Shown: piece after piece, positions 52,496 to 64,000 of the stretch
How the letters are laid out: each line of letters begins with the position of its first letter
Numbering within the stretch: the first letter of the stretch is position 1
Source: Octopus sinensis
Taxonomy: Eukaryota
NCBI RefSeq assembly: GCF_006345805.1
Contig: NC_042997.1
Location: 38,812,001 to 38,876,000, forward strand
Length of the DNA stretch: 64,000 nucleotides
Reading direction: 5' to 3'
Position numbers and translations under genes: made by a program
The notes under the pieces: generated by a model
What the model saw: the letters and a program-made list of their open reading frames with translations, nothing else
Told to the model about the DNA's origin: nothing
Database searches by the model: none

Positions 52496-52695
52496 TACTT
52501 TACCGGGCCGAATAATGCCTTTTAGGTGAATTTGGTAGACGAAATATACATTCACCATAAATACACGTCGTGCTGAAATCAGCACGATGTATATTTATGG
52601 TGAATGTACATTGTAATGTGATGATTGACGATTTAAAGTATATTCTCACCATATTGGCATAGAAATGTTTTTTTCTTTTGCCCTTGTTTATAAAT

Positions 52696-52699
<4 letters not shown>

Positions 52700-52756
<57 letters not shown>

Positions 52757-53020
52757 TGAGGGAGAGAGACAGAAAGAGACAGGCAGACAGACAGAGACAG
52801 AAACAGAGAGAGAGAGATACATATATTTATATAAAGATACACACACACATATACATACATACATACATACATACATACATGCATACATACGTACGTACAT
52901 ACATACATACATACATACATACATACATACATACACACATACACACATACATACATACATACATGCATACATACATACATACATACATACATACATACAT
53001 ACATACATACATACATACGA
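52700..53020. repeat. Compound (TA)n/(GA)n/(TACA)n microsatellite
   Basis: Direct reading; explains the stack of ORFs here. Confidence 0.97.
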
Positions 53021-53039
53021 ACAAATTTTAAGAAACATG

Positions 53040-54660
53040 ATAGCGCAGGCCGAAGGAAAGAAAACATAAGCCTAATGAGAAGGTGACTTGATTGTGGGAA
53101 AGCCTTTGACTTTATTCCTCCATTGATGGCTGTTGAAATCTCTGCACTTGGCAAAATTACCTACTTCCTTAGTTGATGTCGTCGAGGGATTCACAAAGGA
53201 CTTGGCAATAATTCTCATTATTACAACTGAGGGCAGATCGATCGTCTCCAATGTTATAAATATTTTGAAGGGAATATTCCAAAGATATAGTATTTCAATA
53301 CTTGTTTCTTTTATCATTAAATCCAACATAATATCTTTTACAAAATTCCAATGGCTACATACTATAGTCTGCAAGAGATATCCGTGAATCCCCATAATTT
53401 TCTTAAAGATCAATGCTAAAAATGTTTACGATGCCGTTGGTAACATTTTCAGCTGACATAGGAATAGAATTTGTCCAAAAGAAGTCTGTGTATTTGATTG
53501 TTGAATGCAGGAAGTCTTTTCCAAATCCAAAACCAAGGGCTTCTCTATCTCTCCTGTTCCACACAAAGGATTACTACAAACATTTAGGTTTGTTGAAAAT
53601 ATATCATACGAAGGTGCTGTGAATATAGATAGAGATCCGAGAATATTACACCAGACTTAGAAAAGCATGGCAGTTTGTACTTTAATCTTGCAACAAGACC
53701 ATACCCACAATGCATTTGCAGTTCCAGTGCTAATGCCAACATGTGGGATACTTGACCGGTTTGTGGAAGAAATCGTCTCAACAAACAATTAAAACCCGCA
53801 AAATTCTAACATCAACCAGAAACTTCCATAGAAGCTGTGATGTCGATAGGCACTACATAAGAGATGAAAGGGGTAAGGTTTTGAGATCAGTGCAGACAGT
53901 ATCACTCAGGCAACACTGCTAAACAACAGCAGCAGAAATAAATATACAACCCTAATACTGAAAATTGAAGAGTACAACATCCAACGAGTCGGCAGCAAAC
54001 TCCTTATGAAGTACTTTCTTCTTGGCGACCTTCCATACAACAGGAAAACAGTTAGACTAATAGGAAGATCTGATTGTGAAACACTCATCGAACTAAAAAA
54101 GGGCTTTGCACGGACGTATTTAACCAAGACTTGAAGGTGGCACTAATATCGACAAGAGGTGCAGACTTTCTTATGTCTAATGAACAAAAGAGAGAGGGAA
54201 GCCCATGTAACCGAAAATGCAACCGAAAATTTCGATTATGTCACATTTCTGTGCAAGACATCATACATGTGACCATCAGCTGCTCGAAATTGCCAACAAG
54301 GTATCACCACCCAATGAATATGATGTTCTTACCATCTGAAAAAAAAAAGCAATTGTCCTGAAATAAATATTGAGAACTCTGTTAAATACTTGCATAAACA
54401 CATCAACAAGAAATATTGGTGAAACATTCCCATAAAAACTTCTTCCAATTCTAAACATAAATAACGGAATTTAATTGTTTACAACAGACAAGAAAATGTA
54501 TGTACCGCCATAGAGGTCAGCTGCTCTGCTGATGTGAACATTGAAGAGAAACAAGATAACTGAAAAGTCGAGGACATTCAGAAAAGAATCAGGCAGCTAA
54601 CACATATATTACAAATGCGATCTGTAAGCAGAATATTAAATATTCCAAGGATTTTCTCAA
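53040..54660 (+). mobile_element. Highly decayed R4/Dong-like element
   Basis: KSLHLAKLP, LKGIFQRYSIS and later CCHC/RLE remnants resemble 8065-11670. Confidence 0.65.
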
Positions 54661-54965
54661 GCTCAATATGCGACATTTAATTTATTATCTGCATTCCATC
54701 GACGGAGTTTTGTAGCTGTTAGAAACCAGCTCCTTCCCACCAGGAAGACTTCAAATATTTGAAAATAGAAAACATACATACATACATACATACATACATA
54801 CATACATACATACATACATACATACATACATGTTCGGTTGTGGAAATCAGCTGCCTCCCGGACACGAATGTTGTCAGAAAAATACAAGAGAAAAAAGAAG
54901 ATACTTTCCTTAACAACCGTGTGTGTCAAAATTTACACTAAAATTAAAAGGAGAAAGAGAACAAG

Positions 54966-55110
<145 letters not shown>

Positions 55111-55646
55111 TCATTAAAAATATAGTATTCTTCGTAGAACATAGCTGTGCATTTTGGTTAAGTATTTATGTACACTAGTGTACTTTCCTAGCTGGTTTAT
55201 AGTATTGTAATTTTTGTGTTTTTAACATTTTTGATAATCATCTTTAGAAATCGCTTTGTTTCCAATTCATAGAAACCCTGAAAAGTTTTTTTGAATGAAG
55301 ATCTTGACAGATATAAAGTGTTTGGGTTATAAGTTTAATTTATAAATGTTCAGATTTAACATTTCTAAAAATATTGAAAAGACAGGGGCGTGAGTATTAC
55401 TATACTGAATTTTCTTCATTTTTCCTAAAGAAAAATGTAATTTATTCGATGAACAGTTGCAGACATCTGCGTGATCTTATAAACGAAATTAGCTTTATTT
55501 TAAGTTTAATCGTGTTCGATGACAGCAAAAATTTAGTACGAATATCGTGATAAATATACTAGACAATATTTTCTGAGCGCAGAAGCTATTTAGAAGATAA
55601 TAACACTATCTTTATACCTTTATGACGGTATGTATAAATGTGTGAT

Positions 55647-55878
55647 AGGCAGCGAGCTGGCAGAACCGTTAGCACGCCGGCCGAAATGCGTAGCCGTATT
55701 TCGTCTGCCATTACGTTCTGAGTTCAAATTCCGCCGAGGTCGACTTTGCCTTTCATCCTTTCGGGGGCGATTAAATAAGTACCAGTTACGCACTGGGGTC
55801 GATATAATCGACTTAATCAGTTTGTCTGTCCTTCTTTGTCCTCTCTGTGTTTAGCCCCCTGTGGGTAGTAAAGAAATA
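55647..55878 (+). mobile_element. SINE family C1, full length
   Basis: 17-bp TSD GGTATGTATAAATGTGT on both sides. Confidence 0.9.
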
Positions 55879-58342
55879 GGTATGTATAAATGTGTAAGTT
55901 TGTCTGCTTGTCTCTCTGTCGGTCTCCTTCTCCATAACATTCGAAGCTTGTCGAACACTATCACACAAAAATTCTTTCTGTTCTTTCAACTTCATTTGAA
56001 CCTCGATATATGTCCGACATCAGCCAGTTTCTATTTCTATAACCGATTTCTGCTTTAACTTTGATTTTTATCAAATGTGTGTATATCTTGCCAACTTTTG
56101 TTTTTATTACCAATTTCTGTTTTGACTTTGGTTTTTATTAAATGTTCGTATATTTTGACTCATCTTGATCATCAACGTGAGTGATAGAGCCTTCCAAATA
56201 ATGCTCGACTGTGCTTTACACACTCCACCTAAAATTAATAACTGAGCTAAAAATTTCACACAATGAAATGCATTGTTAAAGCAGTTTCAGTTATTTTCGT
56301 GCTGTCATTTTATGTTCATTTCCATTCTCAATCTATTGATTTTATTACCGAGTCTACCTCCTTCAAGCACAAACTGACATTAAAATCACCAAGTATTCAT
56401 TTATCTATATTATTTTCTAAACATAATTTCAAAATCACCTGCCAATTTTGCTCTTTTCCATGACTAGAGCTAACTGAAACATCTAGAAGGAATTTGACAA
56501 CTTATTCTTCAACACAATAATTATTACAAAATCTAATCAACTCAAGGAACTAAAGCCACATCACTGCAGACTCTTATCTATTGCTAATTTTGTTGCTTTA
56601 CTAGTTCCCTAATTAAGTTAAGTACATTACTAAAATCATTAAACTCTCGATAACACAGACGCCTCAACCTTTGACGAACTTTGCTAACACCCTATGTAAA
56701 ACTTGAATGAAGAAACTGGTGATTTCCTCCAATGACCATAAGTTTGTGCAAGACTGCTATAGACTATGTTAATTACTTAGTTGGCAGCTGTTACTCATGC
56801 TACTTAATAAATGATAAAATATTATTGTTGTATTTTTCGTTACAGCAATTTCAAGATCACTGTTTAGAAATTTGGAATAAAACATTAACACTAAAGCATA
56901 TTTAACAAATATTAGGAATGTTGCGAAGAAAAGTACACTTAAACCATTGCCTTAAATATACTTAATTTAAATATTGTAATATTAAATGGAAACCATATCC
57001 TTAGGTGAATATCTACATTAATGCTTTACTGACAATTTACTCTATTAAGTTTCAGTATCACAGGTACCTTAGGGAAGTAGCATACTAATAAAATTAAAGG
57101 GAAGTACAGAGACGAACAAATTTCTAAGATTTCCAAAAACCTATTTATTTCATGTGTATTCCCAAACCATGCATTATTTCAGGTCACATAGAATGACTTT
57201 CATTCAAAAGCTTAATTGGATCCCTTATATTATCAAATCTGTCAGTAACAATTTGATATATTATTCTACTTACTTTCTCTTCCAGAACCTCTAGGCTAAC
57301 ATATTCAAATATAATACAGCCCCTAACACTCTGAATGCTTTGAAATTAATCTGCAACACTAAACAATTATAGCCTATTCTGATAGACTATTAGCGTACTT
57401 AAAATGCAAATATTTTCCATAAAACAGGATTAATATTTTTCCCTAATCCAATTACAGCCGTGAGTTCTGAAAATATCTCTGTCACACGAATCTCCATTAA
57501 TGTAGACAAATAGAAGAACGTTTTCTCAAAATCCAACACATTTTCTTTGATATTTTTGTGTAGTTTCAACTTTTCATCTCCAAAAGTATATATATATATA
57601 TAAAAATGTGTTAGCTTTTTATCAACTGCACCATTTTCTTAAGTACTTTTCTGTTATATCATCCTTGGTTCAACTGGGGATATTGCCAGGGAATAAAATT
57701 CACATAAACCCTTGTCAAGATTAGCAGTTAACTATCAGTCAATTGTGCAATAACCCGCACGTCTTCAAGCACCCACTTAAAAAATTGTAACAATTTTAGT
57801 AATTGGATTTCCTTGCCCGCTTACAAAGAAGCTTTGTGCTTCATGATGCTAATGATGGCATCTTTACCTGATACAACAGTCTATCCTGACGGCCATATGA
57901 AATTTATCAGGACTGAAATTAACTACAATTTTAATACTTACCAAGCCATTTCAAAAATAGTATTCTGAGAATTCTTTATTGAATTACGGGGGGATGGGGG
58001 ATGTCTAACCTGTCACGATATGAATTACAGTAAGAAAAAATAAGTCCATCTGAATTGCTGGTGCCAAATAATAATAATATCTAGCTGGATCCTTGTTTAT
58101 TCCACGAAGTGGGTAACCTCTACACCATTCTTATTATATTTTATGCTTAAAAAATAATTTCCGCTGCTACGAAAAAGTATTATTTCATGTGAAATGCTAC
58201 GATACTTTCTGGTGTGTACGTTAGTGTTAGAAAATACTTGATGTATTTTTGGTGAAGAATTGTTCCTAATGTAGTCTAACTGTAGCTACATCAATTTCTG
58301 TTCGAACATCATTAAATAAGAAGGCAATAATTTAATACCATA

Positions 58343-58571
58343 TACTCTCTTTACTCTCTCTTTTACTTGTTTCAGTCATTTTGACTGCGGCCATGCTGGA
58401 GCACCGCCTTTAGTCGAGCAAATCGACCCTCGGGACTCATTCTTTGTAAGCCCAGTACTTATTCTATCGGTCTCTTTTGCCGAACCGCTAATGACGGGGA
58501 CGTAAACACACCAGTATCGGTTGTCAAGCAATGCTAGGGGGACAAACACACACACACAAACACACACACAT

Positions 58572-58623
<52 letters not shown>

Positions 58624-58816
58624 TATATATATAATATATATATATATATACATATATACGACAGGCTTCTTTTAAGTTTCCGTCTACCAAATCCACTCAC
58701 AAGGCATTGGTCGGCCCGAGGCTATAGCAGAAGACACTTGCCCAAGATGCCACGCAGTGAGACTGAACCCAGAACCATGTGGTTGGTTAGCAAGCTACTT
58801 ACCACACAGCCACTCC
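58343..58816 (-). mobile_element. SINE family A with expanded internal (TA)n
   Basis: Reverse-complement copy. Confidence 0.9.
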
Positions 58817-59023
58817 ACTAATATTTTTTATTTGTTTTTTTATTCATTTTTAACCAAATGAATCGACTCCAGTACTTAATCGTTTTTAAGCCTGGTACTT
58901 ATTCCAAAGGTGTCTTTTGTCGAACCGCAACGTTACGTGGACGTAAACACTAATATCGGTTGTTAATCAGTGGGTGCGGAAGACAAACACACACGCACAC
59001 ACGCACGCACACACACATGCACG

Positions 59024-59117
<94 letters not shown>

Positions 59118-59587
59118 GCGAGTGAGTAAACAAACGACAGAAGGGCACTCAACACATTTATTGGGAGTTACATATTTTGATCAAAACAGTTTGATTCAAA
59201 CTCTTTGGTACTCTGAGTTTCAAGCATGTCGCTAGTCTTCTATCATCGGAGTGTGAATGGAAGTTCGACTGAAGAGAGTCAATGTTACTACTGGGCGTTA
59301 GCCTGCGATTGGTCGAGAGAGGTCACACTGTATCACAGTATGACGTTGGTATTTTAGCGACAACAATTACTTGGAAACTACCGCTTGGTGAACAGGAAAT
59401 CTACCACAGGAAATCGGTTGCGTGGTTGGGGGAAGTAGCATGGGAAGGTAGATATGGGAGTATATATTTATACATACGTACATGTATATGACCATATATC
59501 TGCGTGTATGTGTGCATAGATGTACATTCATGCATCCCTGCGCGCGCGTGCACACATACACACACATACGGACATGTGCGCACACAC

Positions 59588-59629
<42 letters not shown>

Positions 59630-59867
59630 CTGTGTGTGTCTGCGTGCGTGTGTTTCTTTGTGTTTGTGTTTTCCCCCACCACCGCTTGACAAACAATGTT
59701 GGTGTGTTTACGTCCCCATAACTTAGCGGTCCAGCAAAAGAGAACGATAGAATAAGTACCAGTCTTAAGAAATAATATCAATGATAATATTAAACACTGG
59801 GGTTCATTCTTTGCACTGAAATTCTTCAGGGCGATGCCCTGTCATGGCCGCAGTATAAAAACTAAAA

Positions 59868-60262
59868 CAGGAGTGGCTGTGTGGTAAGTAACTTGCTTAC
59901 CAACCACATGGTTCCGGGTTCAGTCCCACTGCATGGCATCTTGGGTAAGTGTCTTCTACTATAGCCTCGGGCCGACCAATGCCTTGTGAGTGGATTTGGT
60001 AGACGGAAACTGAAAGAAGCCTGTCGTATATATATATATATATGTGTATGTGTGTGTGTGTTTGTCCCCCTAGCATTGCTTGACAACCGATGCTGGTGTG
60101 TTTATGTCCCCGTTACTTAGCGGTTCGGCAAAAGAAACCGATAGAATAAGTACTGGGCTTACAAAAAGAATAAGTCCCGGGGTCGATTTGCTCGATTAAA
60201 GGCGGTGCTCCAGCATGGCCGCAGTCAAATGACTGAAACAAGTAAAAGAGTAAAAGAGAGAG
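59868..60262 (+). mobile_element. SINE family A, near full length
   Basis: Ends about 90 bp upstream of the GPCR exon; a diverged 3'-half copy precedes it (about 59630-59855). Confidence 0.9.
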
Positions 60263-60353
60263 TAACTAGTTTCTATATTTGCTGCCCATCTTGTATTTCC
60301 CACATTGAAAATTATGTCCTTGTGCTTACTTTAGAAATAATTATTATTTTCAG

Positions 60354-60452
60354 GTGGTAACTTCTGCGAAAGTACATTTGATGGATACCTTTGCTGGAAC
60401 CCAACAAAGGCAGGAGAACGTGTTTCCCAGCCATGTCCTCTCAACCACGCAG
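60354..60452 (+). CDS. Internal exon of a class B1 (secretin-family) GPCR, extracellular hormone-binding domain
   Basis: ttattttcag|99 nt|gtaaaa, phase 1-1: (G)GNFCESTFDGYLCWNPTKAGERVSQPCPLNHA matches the C-x3-(W/F)DG-x2-CW-x2-T-x2-G-x6-PCP signature. Subtype (calcitonin/DH31, PDF, CRF/DH44, PTH-like) cannot be assigned from this exon. Confidence 0.93.
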
Positions 60453-61080
60453 GTAAAAACGATTATTTTTTTTTTCATCTCTATTTTTGTTAAACTATTT
60501 TTAGCTCCATAACGATTGTTTTAATACAATGAAATGCATGAAAATGTCAAGGATGTAATTTATATCTTAACACAACTTCACTAATACCGGAAATAACAGA
60601 GAGGTACAAATAGAATTTCTTCACTGAATGACAGTGTCTGTAAAAAGTCAGTTCCTCTCTTGTCTGATAAATTATCAATGTTTGTAATTGTGTGAAGGAT
60701 GGTATTCTATAGCCCTTTCATAATTAACATAGCATTAACATATTTAATGCAAGCAACATTATAATAACATGGTAAAGAGAGCAAACATTGGTTATTATTA
60801 GATATTTTCATTTTACGACAACCACTGGAAACAACTCCGAACATGTTTTGGCTTCATTATGAATTTCACCAATCGCACTTACCAAAGTCATGATAGGAGG
60901 ATCCCTTAAGGAATGTACTAGACTGTTTGGTAGAATGTTTATACACTAAACACTAAATAATTCTGATGCGCTTTCTGCTTGAAAAACAATATTAGCCAAT
61001 GACAAATATGTTCATTGAAACTTCAGTTCTCTCCCCTTTCAACCTAAATAACCTTACACTTTGTTGTGCCTATAAATATA

Positions 61081-61500
61081 TATTTCTTTATTGCCCACAA
61101 GGGGTTAAACATAGAGGGGACAAACAAGGACAGACAAACGGATTAAGTCGATTACATCGACTCCAGTGCGTAACTGGTACGAAATTCCGCCGAGGTCGAC
61201 TTTGCCTTTCATCCTTTCGGGATCGATTAAATAAGTACCAGTTACGCACTGGGGTCGATATAATCGACTTAATCCGTTTGTCTGTCCTTATTTGTCCTCT
61301 CTGTGTTTAGCCCCTTGTGGGTAGTAAAGAAATAGGTATTTCGTCTGCCGTTACGTTCTGAGTTCAAATTCCACCCAGGTCGACTATGCCTTTCATCCTT
61401 TTGGGGTCGATTAAATAAGTACCAGTTGAGTACTGGGGTCGACGTAATCGACTACCCCACTACCCAAAATTTAAGGCCTTGTGCCTATAGTAGCAAGGAT
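61081..61500. mobile_element. Cluster of SINE C pieces: inverted C1 3' part, C1 (+), C2 (+)
   Basis: 61081-61180 (-) and 61181-61335 (+) form an imperfect palindrome; 61336-61500 is a C2 copy starting GGTATTTCG. Confidence 0.85.
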
Positions 61501-61509
61501 TGTTGTTGT

Positions 61510-64000
61510 TCAGTAGTCTTATTTTTATCACGTGCTTTCACTGCATTACCAAGCTCAGCTCTGTGTGCCTTGGGTATCTGCTGTGGTTTGTCGTTGTGCT
61601 CTTATTTTCACTGTATTGAAAATGCTTTACGTTGGATGTGCGCGATGCCTAATAGTGTTATTTTCTGTATGTTATATACATTCGTAAGACCAGGTGTTTT
61701 TTGTTATGTATTTGTCTGAATGTTTTTTAATCATACCTAATGCACCTATTATAATAGGAATTGTTTGTTTTTAAGTTCCACATTCGAGTTGCCTCTATTG
61801 CCAGATCTTTGTATTTTGAAAGTTTCTCTGTTTCTTTTAGAGATACATTGTCATTGGTTGGTATTGATACATCGATTAGAAAGCATTTTCTTTCTTTATG
61901 ATCTCTGATAATTATATTCGGTCTATCTACCTTGATTTCTCAATCTGTGTATATTGGCATATCCCAGAATATGGTTGCTTTGTCATTTTCTGAGACCCTT
62001 TCTAGAGTGTGCCTATACCATCTATTTTCTGTTGTCATTCCATAGTGTTACCATAGCTTCCAATGTATGTTGCTCCCAACTCTGTCATGTCTATAAATAT
62101 GTTCCTTCTTAGCCAGGACTGGGCAGCCAGTGACAATATTGTTTATTGTTTCTTCTCCATCACCACATATTCTACAGTTACTTGTAGTTGTTTTTTTTTT
62201 CCATTATGTGTTTTTGGAGATCTCTGGTGGGGATACTTTGATCTTAAAAATCCAGAATCTGCCTTGGGTCCTGAACTTCTCAGCCACTGTTGGGATTTTA
62301 TTTTGCCTATTTCTTTTCTGTTTTCCCAATATTTAGTGCGTAAGGGCTTTCCTTACCATCGTTTTATCTTGATACTTTGTTGTTCTAGTTTTAGTCTGCA
62401 TTTCAGCTTTTTTTGTAGCTTTTGTTATTTCTTTTTTTCTCTTCGTAGTTGTCAGGTATCATGACTTCTTTCTTGTATTTTTCAGCTTACTAAAAGACAA
62501 AAAAACAGTTTCCTTCGTTTTTCTCGTGTTTTGAGGCTATTTGTACATGTTTTCGTTGCTTCTGAATTAAGTATTTCTGTAATCCTATGATGGATATTTT
62601 ATAATAATTTTCTATCTGTAAAAGGCCTCTACCACCTTCAATTCGTTGTATATAAAACCTTTCTATGTCAGATCTTGAGTGGTGCATCCTACATTTTGTC
62701 ATTATTTTGCTTGCTTTCCTGTTTAATTTGGTTAGTTCATTTAGAGTCCAATTAAGGATAGTGTAGCTACAACTTATAACTGGGACGGCTAGAGTGTTGA
62801 TACCTATTATCTTGTTTTCGCATTGAGCTCTGTTATAAGTATTAATCTAACTCGCCTATAATATTACTTCATTATCTTCTCTTTCACTTGTGTGTGTTGT
62901 ATCGTATCTAACTCATTGATTCCTAAATATCTGTATGTCTGGCTTTGATCTAACTCTCTTATTTGATTCGCTTTATCTAATGTGATATTGTTACTCTTAA
63001 CTAGTTTTCCCCTTTTCAAAGTTGCTTTAGCACCTTTTTCCAAGCCAAATTTTTATTTCTTTGGTATATCCATGCTCTGTCTATAGTAACGTTTCCAGCT
63101 GTTTGCAGCATACAGATTTAGATCATCCCTATACAAGAGATGGTTAATTTTTTTTAGCGTAGCAGTTGTATCCACATCCAGTTCTGTTTAGCATGTCAAA
63201 TAAAGGTGTCAAGAGAGCGTGTTTCCCTGGAATATCACTCTTCTAATGGCTTTAGTTTTTTATGAATCCCTCTTGTCTGGAGCTGTAACGCTGTTTGCCA
63301 TTTATTCATAAAATGTTTTTTTTTTAATATTTGCCATTTATTCATAAAATGCTTTTTTTAATATTTTATGATTATTGGTGTTACCTTGTTTATGGCTAGT
63401 GCTACCAGAATCCATATGTGTGGAGAATACTGTCAAAAGTCCTTTGATAATTGATCCAAGCCATGCTTAGTCCCTTCTTTTTCTTTCGGCTGTCTTCAGT
63501 TATGCATCAATAAATGATCTTTACAGCCATATGAGGCCTTGGAGCACCCCTTCTGCTCTTCTGGAAACAGGTTGTTTTCTTCCAGATGTTTACCCATTCT
63601 CTTCGATATTATTGAAATGAAGGCTTTGTAAATTGTTGGAAGACAAATTATCGGTCTGTAGTTTTGTGGGTTTGCCGTTTCAGTGGATTTAGGAATTAGG
63701 ATAGTTTTCCCTTCTGTGAGCCATTCGGGCGTTGTCTCTGACTCTACTAGTATCTCGTTGCATTTCAAGGCCATCCTTTTATGTACGCGTGTTTGATATT
63801 TTAACCAGAAATTGGGGATCTTGTCATACCCGGGTGCCTTCCAGTTGCTTAGTTTTTTCAGTGCCTGGGTGACTCCTTCCGCTGTTATAGAAGTCCAGAG
63901 TTGTTCAGGTGCTGTGTTTGTTATGTTTATAGATCTTTTCTGAGGTTGTTCCTTCGCTGCCCATATCTCTTTCCAGAATTCTTCCACTTCTTCTGCTGTT
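61510..64000 (-). mobile_element. R4/Dong-clade non-LTR retrotransposon, decayed, runs off the window
   Basis: NWKAPGYDKIPNFWLK, NYRPIICLPTIYK, EEQKGC and GGRGL motifs; 3' UTR homologous to that at 37658. Confidence 0.92.

Noticed and set aside
57868-57912. 45-nt minus-strand exon-like segment with good splice sites
   Set aside because: No phase-compatible partner and no recognisable peptide.

Overview
AT-rich, repeat-dense animal genomic DNA. The SINE families and microsatellites point to an octopod (Octopus sp.); that species call is inferred. Nearly all ORFs in the track are microsatellite or SINE artefacts, or decayed transposon proteins. The one unambiguous host coding exon is a 99-nt + strand exon (60354-60452) encoding the hormone-binding domain core of a class B1 (secretin-family) GPCR, so most of the window is probably intron of that gene. 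A 21-nt in-frame micro-exon candidate lies at 12442-12462. On the - strand, three phase-compatible exon candidates (41510-41423, 40646-40572, 34602-34466) suggest a nested gene for a cell-surface protein with a beta-sandwich end, a Ser/Thr/Pro stalk and a GPI-like tail. The rest is transposon debris: mariner and maT, MITEs, non-autonomous Helitrons, R4/Dong, CR1-like, L1/Tx1-like and Penelope-like retroelements, a Gmr1-like Gypsy fragment and three SINE groups. Two patterns stand out: short elements in (TA)n tracts carrying minimal hammerhead-ribozyme motifs, two of them folded back at the ribozyme core, and SINE 3' tails that match LINE 3' ends in the same window. All calls were made by eye, without database searches.
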